Shown one piece after another: positions 27,288 through 36,362 of a stretch of DNA of 64,000 nt (its first letter is position 1; each line of letters begins with the position of its first letter). Made by a program: the position numbers and the translations under genes. This DNA is from Limisphaerales bacterium (GTDB lineage: Bacteria; Verrucomicrobiota; Verrucomicrobiia; Limisphaerales; AAA164-E04), in contig OZ244865.1 in assembly GCA_965221075.1 (NCBI GenBank), forward strand, positions 2,539,605 through 2,603,604. The letters run 5' to 3'. The notes beneath the pieces were generated by a model. It made no database searches. It was given only the letters and a program-made list of their open reading frames with translations, and was not told the origin of the DNA.

Positions 27288-27556
27288 GCCCGACGCTCCT
27301 CCTGGTCCACGATCGCGCTGATCATCATCCGCACCGGGCTCCTGGAGTCCCCCACCGCCTTGCGGGCCGCCAGCCCGTCGGAGGTCACCACCACCCTCTG
27401 GTGCATGCCGGCTCCCCAGGGATCGATGGCCACCACCGGGACCCCCTCAGGCTCCCCCTCCGCCCCCAGGGGCTGGCAGAGGACCATGCGCCAGCCCTGG
27501 AGGCTGGGATGCTTGCGGGTGGAGGTCACGCTCCCTTCGACGCGGGCCAGCAGCAT
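27284..27556 (-). CDS. BMC vertex protein (EutN/CcmL, BMC-P)
   Basis: 90 aa, MLLARVEGSVTSTRKHPSLQG...VVAIDPWGAG...VVVTSDG. Confidence 0.88.
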   Translation of the reverse strand: MLLARVEGSVTSTRKHPSLQGWRMVLCQPLGAEGEPEGVPVVAIDPWGAGMHQRVVVTSDGLAARKAVGDSRSPVRMMISAIVDQEERRA

Positions 27557-28998
27557 CAGTGGATCCTCAGGTTGTCCACCATCACGCAGCGCCTCACCCG
27601 GGTGAAGGTCCGGGGATTGGTGACCCCCTCGCCGGTCGGGGTGGCGATCGAGTAGCTCAGGTAGCCCTCCCCCCCCAGCCCCAGGCCCGACATGCAGGGG
27701 CCGTTCTTGACGAAGAGGGTGGTGTCGAGGGCCCGGGCCATGGCGGTCATGTGGTCCACGTTCCGGGAATGGATGATCGAGGTGTGCCGGTACTGGCGCT
27801 CGGCCACGCGGGAGGCCTCGATCCCCTCCTCCACTCCCGGCACCCGGACCACGGGAAGGAAGGGCATCATCTGCTCCTCACTGACGAAGGGGTGGTCGGC
27901 GGAGGTCTCGGCGAAGAGCAGCTTCCTCCCCTCGGGCAGGGAGACGCCGGCCGCCTGGGCCAGGCGGCCGGCGTCCTTCCCGATCAGCTCCCGGGAGACC
28001 ACCGGCCCGGGGCAGCCGGCCCCCTCTCCCTGGGGGAAGCTGAAGGCCGCCCGGGTGAGGGCCTCCAGCTGGGAGGCGTTGAGGCGGAAGGCTCCGGCCC
28101 GCTCCATGGCGGACATGAATTCCTCCGCCGCCGGATCCTCCACGAAGACCTCCTTCTCCCCGATGCACAGCAGGTTGTTGTCGTAGGCGGCTCCGGCGAC
28201 CGTGGCCTCGGCCGCGCGCCGCATGCAGGCGGTGCGGTCCACCAGCACCGGCGGGTTTCCCGGTCCGGCGCAGATGGCCCGCTTTCCGGTCTTCATCGCG
28301 GCCCGGACCACTCCGGGGCCTCCGGTAACGCACAGCAGGCGGACGCCGGGGTGGAGGCACATCTCCCGGAAGGAGTCCAGGGTGGGCTCCTCGACCATGC
28401 AGATCAGGCTGCGGATGCCGGTCTCGCGCTCGATGGCACGGTTGAACTCCCTGACCGCCACGGCCGCGCAGCGGGCCGCCGACGGGTGGGCGTTGAAGAC
28501 CGCGGCGTTGCCCGCTCCCACCATGTTGACCACGTTTCCCGCCAGGGTGGGGATGGAATGGGTGGAGGGGGTCACCGAGCCGACCACCCCGAAGGGGGTG
28601 TACTCCTCCAGGGTGATTCCGTGGTCGCCGCTCAGGCCCAGGGGGCGGATCCACTCCACCCCGGGCACCAGGCGGATGATCCGCAGCTTCTCGATCTTGT
28701 GGTCCAGCCGCCCGATCCCGGTCTCCTCCAGCTCCAGCCGGCCCCAGGCCTCGGCGTTCTCCTCGCAGAGGGCCTTGACGATCTCCTCGACCTTGCGGCG
28801 CGCCTCCATCCCCTTGCGGCGCAGATCCTCGAAGGCGTCCTGGGCCGCGTCGCAGGCCTCCTGGGCGGTGGCGAAGACTCCATGGGAGGCGGAGTCGGAG
28901 CGCCGCGCGGGGGCCTTCCTCTCCGGCTCCTGCCGAAGGCGCTCCAGCACCTCGGAGACCACCTCCCGGACGACCGACTCGTCGATTCCCGCGCTCAT
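27556..28998 (-). CDS. CoA-acylating aldehyde dehydrogenase (EutE/PduP-like)
   Basis: 480 aa. ALDH fold with catalytic Cys context NNLLCIGEKEVFV. N-terminal amphipathic helix SVVREVVSEVLERLRQ followed by a linker (candidate encapsulation peptide). Confidence 0.9.
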   Translation of the reverse strand: MSAGIDESVVREVVSEVLERLRQEPERKAPARRSDSASHGVFATAQEACDAAQDAFEDLRRKGMEARRKVEEIVKALCEENAEAWGRLELEETGIGRLDHKIEKLRIIRLVPGVEWIRPLGLSGDHGITLEEYTPFGVVGSVTPSTHSIPTLAGNVVNMVGAGNAAVFNAHPSAARCAAVAVREFNRAIERETGIRSLICMVEEPTLDSFREMCLHPGVRLLCVTGGPGVVRAAMKTGKRAICAGPGNPPVLVDRTACMRRAAEATVAGAAYDNNLLCIGEKEVFVEDPAAEEFMSAMERAGAFRLNASQLEALTRAAFSFPQGEGAGCPGPVVSRELIGKDAGRLAQAAGVSLPEGRKLLFAETSADHPFVSEEQMMPFLPVVRVPGVEEGIEASRVAERQYRHTSIIHSRNVDHMTAMARALDTTLFVKNGPCMSGLGLGGEGYLSYSIATPTGEGVTNPRTFTRVRRCVMVDNLRIH

Positions 28999-29321
28999 TC
29001 GGGGACGTCCTCCCCGGCGGCATGGAAGATCCGGCGTCCGAGCACCTCGACCGAATCCACGATCCCGATGATCACCGAATCGACCGGAAGGGACTTCATG
29101 CCGGCCGAGAGGCGGGCGCTGCTTCCCTGGCAGAAGAGGACCATCTCCCCCTCGCCCGCACCCACCGTGTCGACCGCCACCACCGTGTTCCTGCCCGGGA
29201 GGAACCGGGAGGCGTCCTCTCCATCGACCAGCATGGGGCGCAGCAGCATCAGCTTGCGCCCCTCGATGGACGGATCCTTCTTGGTGGCGACCACCGAACC
29301 TTCGACCCGGGCCAGGAACAT
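28995..29321 (-). CDS. BMC vertex protein (EutN/CcmL, BMC-P)
   Basis: 108 aa, MFLARVEGSVVATKKDPSIEGRKLMLLRPM...VAVDTVGAGEGEMVLFCQGSSAR. Confidence 0.88.
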   Translation of the reverse strand: MFLARVEGSVVATKKDPSIEGRKLMLLRPMLVDGEDASRFLPGRNTVVAVDTVGAGEGEMVLFCQGSSARLSAGMKSLPVDSVIIGIVDSVEVLGRRIFHAAGEDVPE

Positions 29322-29328
29322 CGGATCC

Positions 29329-29607
29329 CTAGCTGCGTCCCGGAAGGACCGTGTCGTGGTGGGGGCGGGCGATCACGTGGACGCTCACCAGATCCCCCCC
29401 GATGGCCTTGATCGCCTCGGCCCCGGCGTCGGTGGCCGCCTTGACCGCGGCCACATCCCCGGTCACCACCGAGGTGACCAGGGCGCTGCCCACCTTCTCC
29501 ATGGGGCCCGCCAGGGACACGTTGGCGGCCTTGAGCATCGCGTCGGTCCCCTCCACCAGGGCCACCAGGCCCCGCGTCTCGATCATTCCAATCGCCTGAT
29601 TCGCCAT
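29329..29607 (-). CDS. BMC shell protein, hexamer type (BMC-H, PduA/CcmK-like)
   Basis: 92 aa, AIGMIETRGLVALVEGTDAMLKAANV...GDVAAVKAATDAG. Confidence 0.93.
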   Translation of the reverse strand: MANQAIGMIETRGLVALVEGTDAMLKAANVSLAGPMEKVGSALVTSVVTGDVAAVKAATDAGAEAIKAIGGDLVSVHVIARPHHDTVLPGRS

Positions 29608-29611
29608 GTGT

Positions 29612-30799
29612 TCAGTTCCTTTCCAGATACCGCCGGACCTCCCCGGCCACCACTTCCTCCTCGTTGGCCGGGATCACCAGGATCCTCACCCGGCCCTCCC
29701 CGGCACCGATCTCCCCCTCGCGGCCCAGGACCTCCTCGTTCCTCTGCTCGTCGAGGACGATCCCCAGCTCCTGGAGCCCCTCGCAGATCCGGGAACGGAT
29801 CCGGGCCCGGTTCTCCCCGATGCCCGCGGTGAAAACCAGGGCGTCCATCCCTCCCAGGAGGAGGTGCCAGCTGCCCATCCAGCGGCGCGTCTCGTGGACC
29901 AGGAAGTCGAGCGCTTCCCGGGCCGACCGATCGCCCGCCTCCGCCTCGCGCTCCAGGTCCCGGGCGTCGTTGAATCCCCCCGAGATGCCCTTGAGCCCCG
30001 ACTGGCGGCAGAGCCGCCGGGAAGCCTCCTCCCCGCTCCATCCCTCCTCGCGCATCATGTGCAGCAGCGCGAAGGGGTCGAGATCCCCGCAGCGATCGTT
30101 CTGGGGCAGTCCCGACTGGGGGCTGAAGCCCATGCTGGTGCCGATGGCCACTCCGTCGCGGATCCCGGTCACCGAGGAGCTGCCTCCCAGGTGGCAGGAG
30201 ACCACCCGCAGGGCGGGGGGCTCCACCGGGGCCCCGGGGCCGTCGAGGTAGAGCCTGTCGGCCCGCCGCGACACGTCCTCCCGCCCCAGGAGCTGGGCAG
30301 ACCTCCGGGCGACGTGCTTGTGGCTGGCCCCGTGGAAGCCGTGGCGGCGGACTCCCCGGAGGCGCCATTCCTCCGGCACCCCGTAGCGGGTGGCCGCCTC
30401 GGGCATCCACTGGTAGAAGGCCGTCTCGAAGAGGGCCACCAGGGGAACGCCGGGAAGGCGCTCCCGGAAGATCCGGATCCCCTCGAGGTAGGGGGGGTTG
30501 TGGGCCGGAGCGGCGGGAACGGCCCGCTCGATGGCCTCGATCACCGGAGGATCCAGCCGGACGCAGCCGGTCGCCCCGTGGGCCAGCACGGTCTTGAAGC
30601 CCACCGCCGCCAGTCCGCCGTCCCCCTCCAGATGGCCTGCCTGCCGGAGCTCCTCCAGGCAGCGGTCCACCGCCTGGCGGTGATCCTCCACCCGCTCCAG
30701 CGAGCCCCGGGCCAGGCACCGGGGCCGCTCCTCCGGGCCGAACTGGAAGAGCCGGTACTTGAGGGAGGTCGATCCTATGTTGGGGATCAGGATCCTCAC
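29612..30799 (-). CDS. ackA: acetate/propionate kinase
   Basis: 395 aa. MRILIPNIGSTSLKYRLF, RRHGFHGASHK, SCHLGGSSSVT, FTAGIGEN. Confidence 0.92.
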   Translation of the reverse strand: MRILIPNIGSTSLKYRLFQFGPEERPRCLARGSLERVEDHRQAVDRCLEELRQAGHLEGDGGLAAVGFKTVLAHGATGCVRLDPPVIEAIERAVPAAPAHNPPYLEGIRIFRERLPGVPLVALFETAFYQWMPEAATRYGVPEEWRLRGVRRHGFHGASHKHVARRSAQLLGREDVSRRADRLYLDGPGAPVEPPALRVVSCHLGGSSSVTGIRDGVAIGTSMGFSPQSGLPQNDRCGDLDPFALLHMMREEGWSGEEASRRLCRQSGLKGISGGFNDARDLEREAEAGDRSAREALDFLVHETRRWMGSWHLLLGGMDALVFTAGIGENRARIRSRICEGLQELGIVLDEQRNEEVLGREGEIGAGEGRVRILVIPANEEEVVAGEVRRYLERN

Positions 30800-30808
30800 G
30801 CCTCTAGT

Positions 30809-31087
30809 CTAGGCCAGCCAGGGGCCCAGGGTGCCCAGCTCCTCGTGAGGGCGGGGGATCACCTGGACGCCGACCACCTCGCCCACCTGGGCGGCGGCGG
30901 CCGCTCCGGCGTCCACCGCGGCCTTGACCGCCGCTACGTCCCCCCGGAAGAAGGCGGTCACGTAGCCGCTGCCTACCGGCTCCCAGCCGTTCATCCGGAT
31001 GTCGGCCGCCTTCAGGGCGGCGTCCCCGGCCTCCATCAGGGCGCAGAGGCCCCGCGTCTCGATCATCCCCAGTGCCTGTTGCTTCAT
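30809..31087 (-). CDS. BMC shell protein, hexamer type (BMC-H)
   Basis: 92 aa, ALGMIETRGLCALMEAGDAALKAADI...[13 protein letters not shown]. Confidence 0.93.
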   Translation of the reverse strand: MKQQALGMIETRGLCALMEAGDAALKAADIRMNGWEPVGSGYVTAFFRGDVAAVKAAVDAGAAAAAQVGEVVGVQVIPRPHEELGTLGPWLA

Positions 31088-31121
31088 GGATTGAGTCGTT
31101 CTCGTTTGCCGGATCGCCCTC

Positions 31122-31418
31122 CTACGCCTTCCTCGCCGGGGGCTTCTTCGCCTCCACGAACTGCGCCACCAGATCCGGGTGGGGCCGGGCCAGGATATGG
31201 GAGGAGACCAGCTCCCCCACCCGTCCGGCCGCGGCGGAGCCGGCGTCCACCGCCGCCTTGACGCTGCCCACGTCCCCCTGGGCCAGCACGGTGATGAAGC
31301 CGCCCCCGATGGCGACCGACTTCACCAGGCGCACGCTGGCCGCCTTGACCATGGCGTCGCTGGCCTCCACGGCCCCGGTGTAGCCCTTGGTCTCGATCAT
31401 TCCCAGTGCCTCGCTCAT
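31122..31418 (-). CDS. BMC shell protein, hexamer type (BMC-H)
   Basis: 98 aa, [26 protein letters not shown]...[13 protein letters not shown]. Confidence 0.93.
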   Translation of the reverse strand: MSEALGMIETKGYTGAVEASDAMVKAASVRLVKSVAIGGGFITVLAQGDVGSVKAAVDAGSAAAGRVGELVSSHILARPHPDLVAQFVEAKKPPARKA

Positions 31419-31438
31419 CGTCTATTTCCTCTCTTCGT

Positions 31439-32137
31439 TCAGGCGAGCAGCTCGCAAACGCTGGACTCCTCCAGGCGGCAGGCGTTGCCCTCGTCGGTGT
31501 CTATGTGTACCTCCAGCTTCGAGGCCGGATCCACCCTGACCAGCATCCTCTCCAGGACCAGCCCGCAGTCGCCTCCCACCCTCAGGCGCATGTCCTGGCG
31601 GTCCTCGACCCCGTAGCGGGCCGCCTCCTCCGGGTTCATGTGGACGTGCCGCAGCGCCCGGATCACGCCCTGCTCCAGCTTGAAGAAGCCTGCCGGGCCC
31701 ATCAGCATGCATCCGGGGGTCCCCTCGATGTCGCCCGAGCACCGCAGAGGAATGTCGAATCCCAGGGCGATGGCGTCGGTGTAGGAGAGCTCCACCTGGT
31801 TGATCGAGCGGCAGGGGCCCAGCACCCGCAGGTTGGAGATCACCCGGCTGCGGGGGCCGATCAGGGTCAGCGTCTCCCTGGCCGCGTACTGCCCCTCCTG
31901 GTAGAGCCACTTGAAGGGCTCCAGCCGGTGGCCCTTGCCGAACAGGATCTCCACCGTCTCCTCGGTCAGATGGCAGTGGCGGGCGCTGACGTTGACCACC
32001 AGCGGGCTGGCCGCCGGGCCGGGACCCGCCGCCGCAGGGGGCGCGGCCAGCCGGGCCCGGAGCGCCTGCCGCACCATGTCCTCCACCAGCGAACGTTGTA
32101 GCGCCATCGCCATCGGATTGCCTCGTACGGCCTCCAT
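31439..32137 (-). CDS. pduL: phosphate acyltransferase PduL (PTAC)
   Basis: Two PduL repeats, VNVSARHCHLTEETVEILFG and ALRHVHMNPEEAARYGV. Start ambiguous (ATG at 32137, 32113 or 32107). The track ORF 5' extension to 32389 is not credible. Confidence 0.88.
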   Translation of the reverse strand: MEAVRGNPMAMALQRSLVEDMVRQALRARLAAPPAAAGPGPAASPLVVNVSARHCHLTEETVEILFGKGHRLEPFKWLYQEGQYAARETLTLIGPRSRVISNLRVLGPCRSINQVELSYTDAIALGFDIPLRCSGDIEGTPGCMLMGPAGFFKLEQGVIRALRHVHMNPEEAARYGVEDRQDMRLRVGGDCGLVLERMLVRVDPASKLEVHIDTDEGNACRLEESSVCELLA

Positions 32138-32208
32138 CCTGGCCCGCCCTGGCAGATTGTCAACAAAAACTTCCAAAATCTTCCAGAAACTCCCAGAATG
32201 CCCCCTGC

Positions 32209-32967
32209 ATGCAGGCAGAGGAACGACAGAGCCACATCGAGTCCCATCTCCAGAGGGTGGAGTTCGCCTCCCTGGACGAGCTATCGGAGAAGGTGGACGC
32301 CTCGGTCTCCACGGTGCGCCGGGATCTGGCTGCGCTGGAGTCGAAGGGGACGGTGCGGCGCACCCACGGGGGGGCCCGCCTGGCCACACCCCGCAGCGAC
32401 GAGTTCGCCTTCGCTGCCCGAGACACCCGCCAGTCGGAGGAGAAGGAGGCGATCGGACTTGCTTGCGCCGGCCTGATCCGGCCGGGAGAGAGCGTGATCA
32501 TGGACGCGGGGACCACGGTCTACCATGCGGCACGCCACCTGGAGGCCAAGGAGCCCCAGATCCTCACCAACTCGCTGCCCGTGGCCCAGCTCTACGGGGC
32601 CTCCCCCAAGGTGGAGGTGCTGGTTTCGGGAGGGGTGCTCTATCCCCGCCTGGGAGTGCTGGTGGGGCCGCTGGCGGTGGAGGCCTTCTCCCGGCTCCAC
32701 GCCGACGTGGCGGTGATGGGCGCAGGCGGAATCACCGACAAGGGAGTCAGCAACTCGCACGCCCTGCTCATCGACATCCAGCGGACCATGATCCGGGCAG
32801 CGCACCGGGTGATCCTGTGCCTGGACCACACCAAGTTCGGACGGCAGAGCATCTCGTCCCTGTGCCCGCTCTCGGACATCGACATCCTGATCACCGACGC
32901 CAAGGCCCCCCAGAAGCTGCGGGAGGAGATCTCGAAGGCCGGAGTCCAGGTGCTCACCGCCTCCTGA
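32209..32967 (+). CDS. DeoR/GlpR-family transcriptional regulator
   Basis: 252 aa. HTH LDELSEKVDASVSTVRRDLAALESKGTVRRTHGGA plus a DeoR C-terminal sugar-binding domain. Divergent from the BMC operon. Confidence 0.9.
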   Translation: MQAEERQSHIESHLQRVEFASLDELSEKVDASVSTVRRDLAALESKGTVRRTHGGARLATPRSDEFAFAARDTRQSEEKEAIGLACAGLIRPGESVIMDAGTTVYHAARHLEAKEPQILTNSLPVAQLYGASPKVEVLVSGGVLYPRLGVLVGPLAVEAFSRLHADVAVMGAGGITDKGVSNSHALLIDIQRTMIRAAHRVILCLDHTKFGRQSISSLCPLSDIDILITDAKAPQKLREEISKAGVQVLTAS

Positions 32968-33008
32968 AGGCGTTGCGGGAGGCCGCCCTCTCCTGCTTGA
33001 ATCCCGGC

Positions 33009-33677
33009 ATGGAAGCGCGCGACCGACTCTCGGACAGCCTGGTCCGGGCCGGGCTCGTCGCCGTGGTGCGGGCCCATGGCCGCAGCCAGGCGCTCCCGGT
33101 GGCGCGGGCCCTGCTCGGGGGAGGAATCCGCGCGGTGGAGATCACCCTCACCACCCCCGGAGCCATCGAAGCCATCGGCGACATCTCCAGGGAACTGGGA
33201 GAGGAGCTGCTTCCAGGAGCGGGAACCGTGCTGGACGCCGACTCGGCCCGCCGGTCCATCGACGCCGGAGCGCGCTACGTGGTCTCGCCCGACTTCCGGC
33301 CCGAGGTGCTGGAGGCGTCGCACCAGGCAGGCGTTCCGGTCCTGATGGGGGCCTACACCCCGTCGGAGATGCAGCGGGTCCACGAGGCCGGAAGCGACTT
33401 CGTGAAGTTCTTTCCCGCCGGCTTCGGGGGAGCCGCCTACGTCAAGGCGGTCCGGGGCCCCCTTCCCCACCTGCGGATCGTCCCCACCGGAGGGGTGGGC
33501 CTGGAGAACATGGAGTCCTTCCTGGCCGCCGGGTGCCCCGCCCTAGGGATGGGATCCTCCCTGGTCTCCTCCCGGATCCTCCAGCAGGAGGCCTGGAAGG
33601 AGCTGGAGGATAGCGCCCGCGCCCACTGGAAGCGCTTCGAGGAAGCCCGCCTACGAACTCAGTCCCGGACAGGATAG
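33009..33677 (+). CDS. eda: KDPG / 4-hydroxy-2-oxoglutarate aldolase
   Basis: 222 aa from ATG 33009. GLVAVVRA, GIRAVEITLTTPGA, GAGTVLD, VKFFPA, PTGGV. Confidence 0.88.
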   Translation: MEARDRLSDSLVRAGLVAVVRAHGRSQALPVARALLGGGIRAVEITLTTPGAIEAIGDISRELGEELLPGAGTVLDADSARRSIDAGARYVVSPDFRPEVLEASHQAGVPVLMGAYTPSEMQRVHEAGSDFVKFFPAGFGGAAYVKAVRGPLPHLRIVPTGGVGLENMESFLAAGCPALGMGSSLVSSRILQQEAWKELEDSARAHWKRFEEARLRTQSRTG

Positions 33678-35032
33678 AACCTGTCCCGGTGGCTCTCGGC
33701 CAGGGAACGGAGCCTGCTCAGAACATCGGGATGCTCCTCCTTCACATCCCTGCTCTCGAGGGGATCGCGGTCCAGCCGGAAGAGTGACAGTCCGATCCGT
33801 GCGGTCCGGTACCTTCCCGGCTGGCCATCGGCTCCGGCGCTCTCCAGGGTCCGGTAGCTGTGGGACAGGTGAAGCTTCCACCGGCCGTCCCCGGCTATCA
33901 GTCCCTGGAAGCTGCTCCCGTTCGAGATGGGATAGTAGGCGCTGGGGTTGACGGCCCCATCCCTTCCGGAGATCCAGTCCCACACGTCGCGTCCGTCCAC
34001 CGGGTTCTCCGGCAGCTGGGCTCCCGCCAGGGCCGCGAAGGTCGGCAGGATGTCGAGCGAGGAGAAGAGCCGCTGCGACACCTTCCCTCCCTCGAGGGCG
34101 CGGGGATACTTCAGGATGCAGGCGTTGCGCAGGCCCCCGTCGAAGCTGGTCCCCTTGGCCTCCCTCCAGGGAGTGGTCCCCGCCCGGTTGCCGTAGGATA
34201 TCCAGGGGCCGTTGTCCGAAGTCCACAGCACCACCGTGTCCCTGGCCACCCCCGTCTCCTCGAGCGCCCTGGCTATCTCCCCCACCGACCAGTCCAGCTC
34301 CATCATCACATCGCCGTACAGGCCCTTCCCCGACCTGCCCAGGAACTTGTCGCTGCAGAAGAGCGGAACGTGCGGCATGGAATGGGGAAGGTAGAGGAAG
34401 AAGGGATCGGAGCCGCTGCGTCGGATGAAGTCGACCGCCTTCTCGGTGTACCAGGTGGTCAGCTGGGCCTGATCGGCCTTGGTCACCCGATCGATGGTCA
34501 CCCTCCCGTCCTCCCAGTACTGGAGCGGATGCTTCCCCCAGTGCTCGGGATTGCCAGGGTGGAACTCCCACATGTCGTTGGAGTACATCAGCCCGGCCGT
34601 CTCGTCGAAGCCCCGGACATGGGGACGGGTGGCGGGCTGGTCGCCAATGTGCCACTTTCCGAAGAAGGCGGTCCGGTACCCGGCCGGCTTGAGCACCTCG
34701 GCCAGGGTGGCGAACCGGGGAGACAGTCCCCTGGCCTTTGGACCGTGGGCTCCGAAGACCTGGGTCCGCCCCGGATAGCACCCGGTGAGCAGCGCGGCCC
34801 GGGAAGCCGAGCAGACAGCCTGGGGGACGTAGAAGCGGTCGTAGCGGACGCCGGTGCGGGCCAGCTCCTCGACATGAGGCGTGGGCCAGGCAGGCTCCCC
34901 GAAGGGGTGGAAGTCGCTCCATCCGGAATCGTCGAGAAAGACGATGACAAAGTTGGGAGGCCGCTCCTCGCCCCAGGAAGGCAAGGACGGCAAGAAGCAC
35001 AGCAAGCAGACGACGAGCTTCCAGCGTGGCAT
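33659..35032 (-). CDS. sulfatase (formylglycine-dependent), secreted
   Basis: 457 aa from ATG 35032 with a signal peptide MPRWKLVVCLLCFLPSLPSWG. PNFVIVFLDDSGWSD and the FGly motif CSASRAALLTG. Confidence 0.9.
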   Translation of the reverse strand: MPRWKLVVCLLCFLPSLPSWGEERPPNFVIVFLDDSGWSDFHPFGEPAWPTPHVEELARTGVRYDRFYVPQAVCSASRAALLTGCYPGRTQVFGAHGPKARGLSPRFATLAEVLKPAGYRTAFFGKWHIGDQPATRPHVRGFDETAGLMYSNDMWEFHPGNPEHWGKHPLQYWEDGRVTIDRVTKADQAQLTTWYTEKAVDFIRRSGSDPFFLYLPHSMPHVPLFCSDKFLGRSGKGLYGDVMMELDWSVGEIARALEETGVARDTVVLWTSDNGPWISYGNRAGTTPWREAKGTSFDGGLRNACILKYPRALEGGKVSQRLFSSLDILPTFAALAGAQLPENPVDGRDVWDWISGRDGAVNPSAYYPISNGSSFQGLIAGDGRWKLHLSHSYRTLESAGADGQPGRYRTARIGLSLFRLDRDPLESRDVKEEHPDVLSRLRSLAESHRDRFYPVRD

Positions 35033-35331
35033 GGGCTCGAAATTAGGGATAGGAGCCGGCAATGCAACGGAACACGGCCGGGGCTCGCCGATCAGATCCA
35101 GGAACATGCTTCCGGGCCATGAAACGCTTCAGGGAAATCAGAGCCGGTTCGTCCAGTCACTTCTCGCTGGCTCACGGGTAGTCCCTTCCTCGAGAGCAAC
35201 CAGTGCCGAGGGCGAGAACATGCCAGGGGCCATGCCGTACAGAATATCCGCAGACGCTCGGCCGTCATTCTCCATACCCGCCCTGGGCCGGGGAATCGGG
35301 ACAGGGATCAATCCCGCCGCGTGGGCCGTCC

Positions 35332-35913
35332 TCAGACTGCGGCCGGTTTCGACTTGACCACCATGGTGCGGGCTAACAGGTCGTGGACTCCCTGCTTGCG
35401 GGGATGGAAAGCGACGACCAGAAAATGCAGTGGGAGGAGCGGGACGGGAAGGTACCCCAAGTAGCGCACAAGGCACTGTCTCGGGCTGGGCTTGCCTCCC
35501 GTATCGGAATCTATCAGGCGGAGCCCGGTTATCCACTTGCCCGGGGTGGTCTGCGTCGAGCGCCAGCAGGCGATGATCAGGAAGGGGTAGAAGCACCAGT
35601 TGACAATCAGTTCGGCCACTATATGGACGGTGGGCACGATATGCTGCCAGACGATATTGAATGGAGGACCTCGGTGAATTGTCTCCTTCCGGATGACACG
35701 GAATGTGAAGTGGGCCGGTGGACTGAATCCCAATTTAAAAGTCGATGTTCCAGCCTGATGGACCGGACGGGAGCTTCCAGTGAGGTGGTCGGGGCCTGGA
35801 TTTAAGGGAAGGGTAAGGATGAAACCTAGCGCAAAGAGCAGGACGGCATCGATGAGAGTGGCAAGGAACCTGTGCCAGAAAACCGCGTACGCGACGTTAT
35901 CCATCTCGTTCAT
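35332..35913 (-). CDS. RDD-family membrane protein
   Basis: 193 aa. WHRFLATLIDAVLL..., TTPGKWITGLRLID..., GVHDLLARTMVV. An insertion sits between the TM segments. Confidence 0.7.
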   Translation of the reverse strand: MNEMDNVAYAVFWHRFLATLIDAVLLFALGFILTLPLNPGPDHLTGSSRPVHQAGTSTFKLGFSPPAHFTFRVIRKETIHRGPPFNIVWQHIVPTVHIVAELIVNWCFYPFLIIACWRSTQTTPGKWITGLRLIDSDTGGKPSPRQCLVRYLGYLPVPLLPLHFLVVAFHPRKQGVHDLLARTMVVKSKPAAV

Positions 35914-36362
35914 GGCTGTGGTAAACGAAATCGTTCGGACGGAGCGAGAGCAAGCCTAGGATTTATCCTCGTGCTGGTCAACTGCCCTTGAATCTTCGCT
36001 CGTTTCGACTGCCGTTGTCCAGCGAATTGCTGCTTCTACTCAGACAGCCGGGGATAGACCCAGCAATGGCAGCTCGGAATCCGAGACGCAGACAGACAAC
36101 ACCGTGTCGCCGTATGATCGTTGGCCATATTCCCTCCAGAGCAGTCCGGGAGCGCAGGAGGCAGCGCCCTCTGCAGAAAAGAGCTGGAAGCCTCCGGCTT
36201 CAGCAGGGGCAGCAGCGTCGCGCCCAGAATAGAAACCGTCATGCGTAGGATTGTTCCAACAATCGACGGAACCAGTGCTCGATGTCATCGACAGGGTCCA
36301 GGGCCCGGAGCTTTGGTACGCATCCAGTCAAAGCCGTAGCCCGCTTCCGGCCAAAACACGCC

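Noticed and set aside
36036-36242. 68-aa minus-strand ORF downstream of the AAA_14 gene with a signal-like N-terminus and Cys-rich end (MTVSILGATLLPLL...CCLSASRIPSCHCWVYPRLSE), considered as a small secreted or RiPP-like peptide.
   Set aside because: No RBS, no distinctive codon bias, overlapping alternative ORFs of similar length, and no partner modification enzyme nearby. It cannot be supported from the sequence alone.
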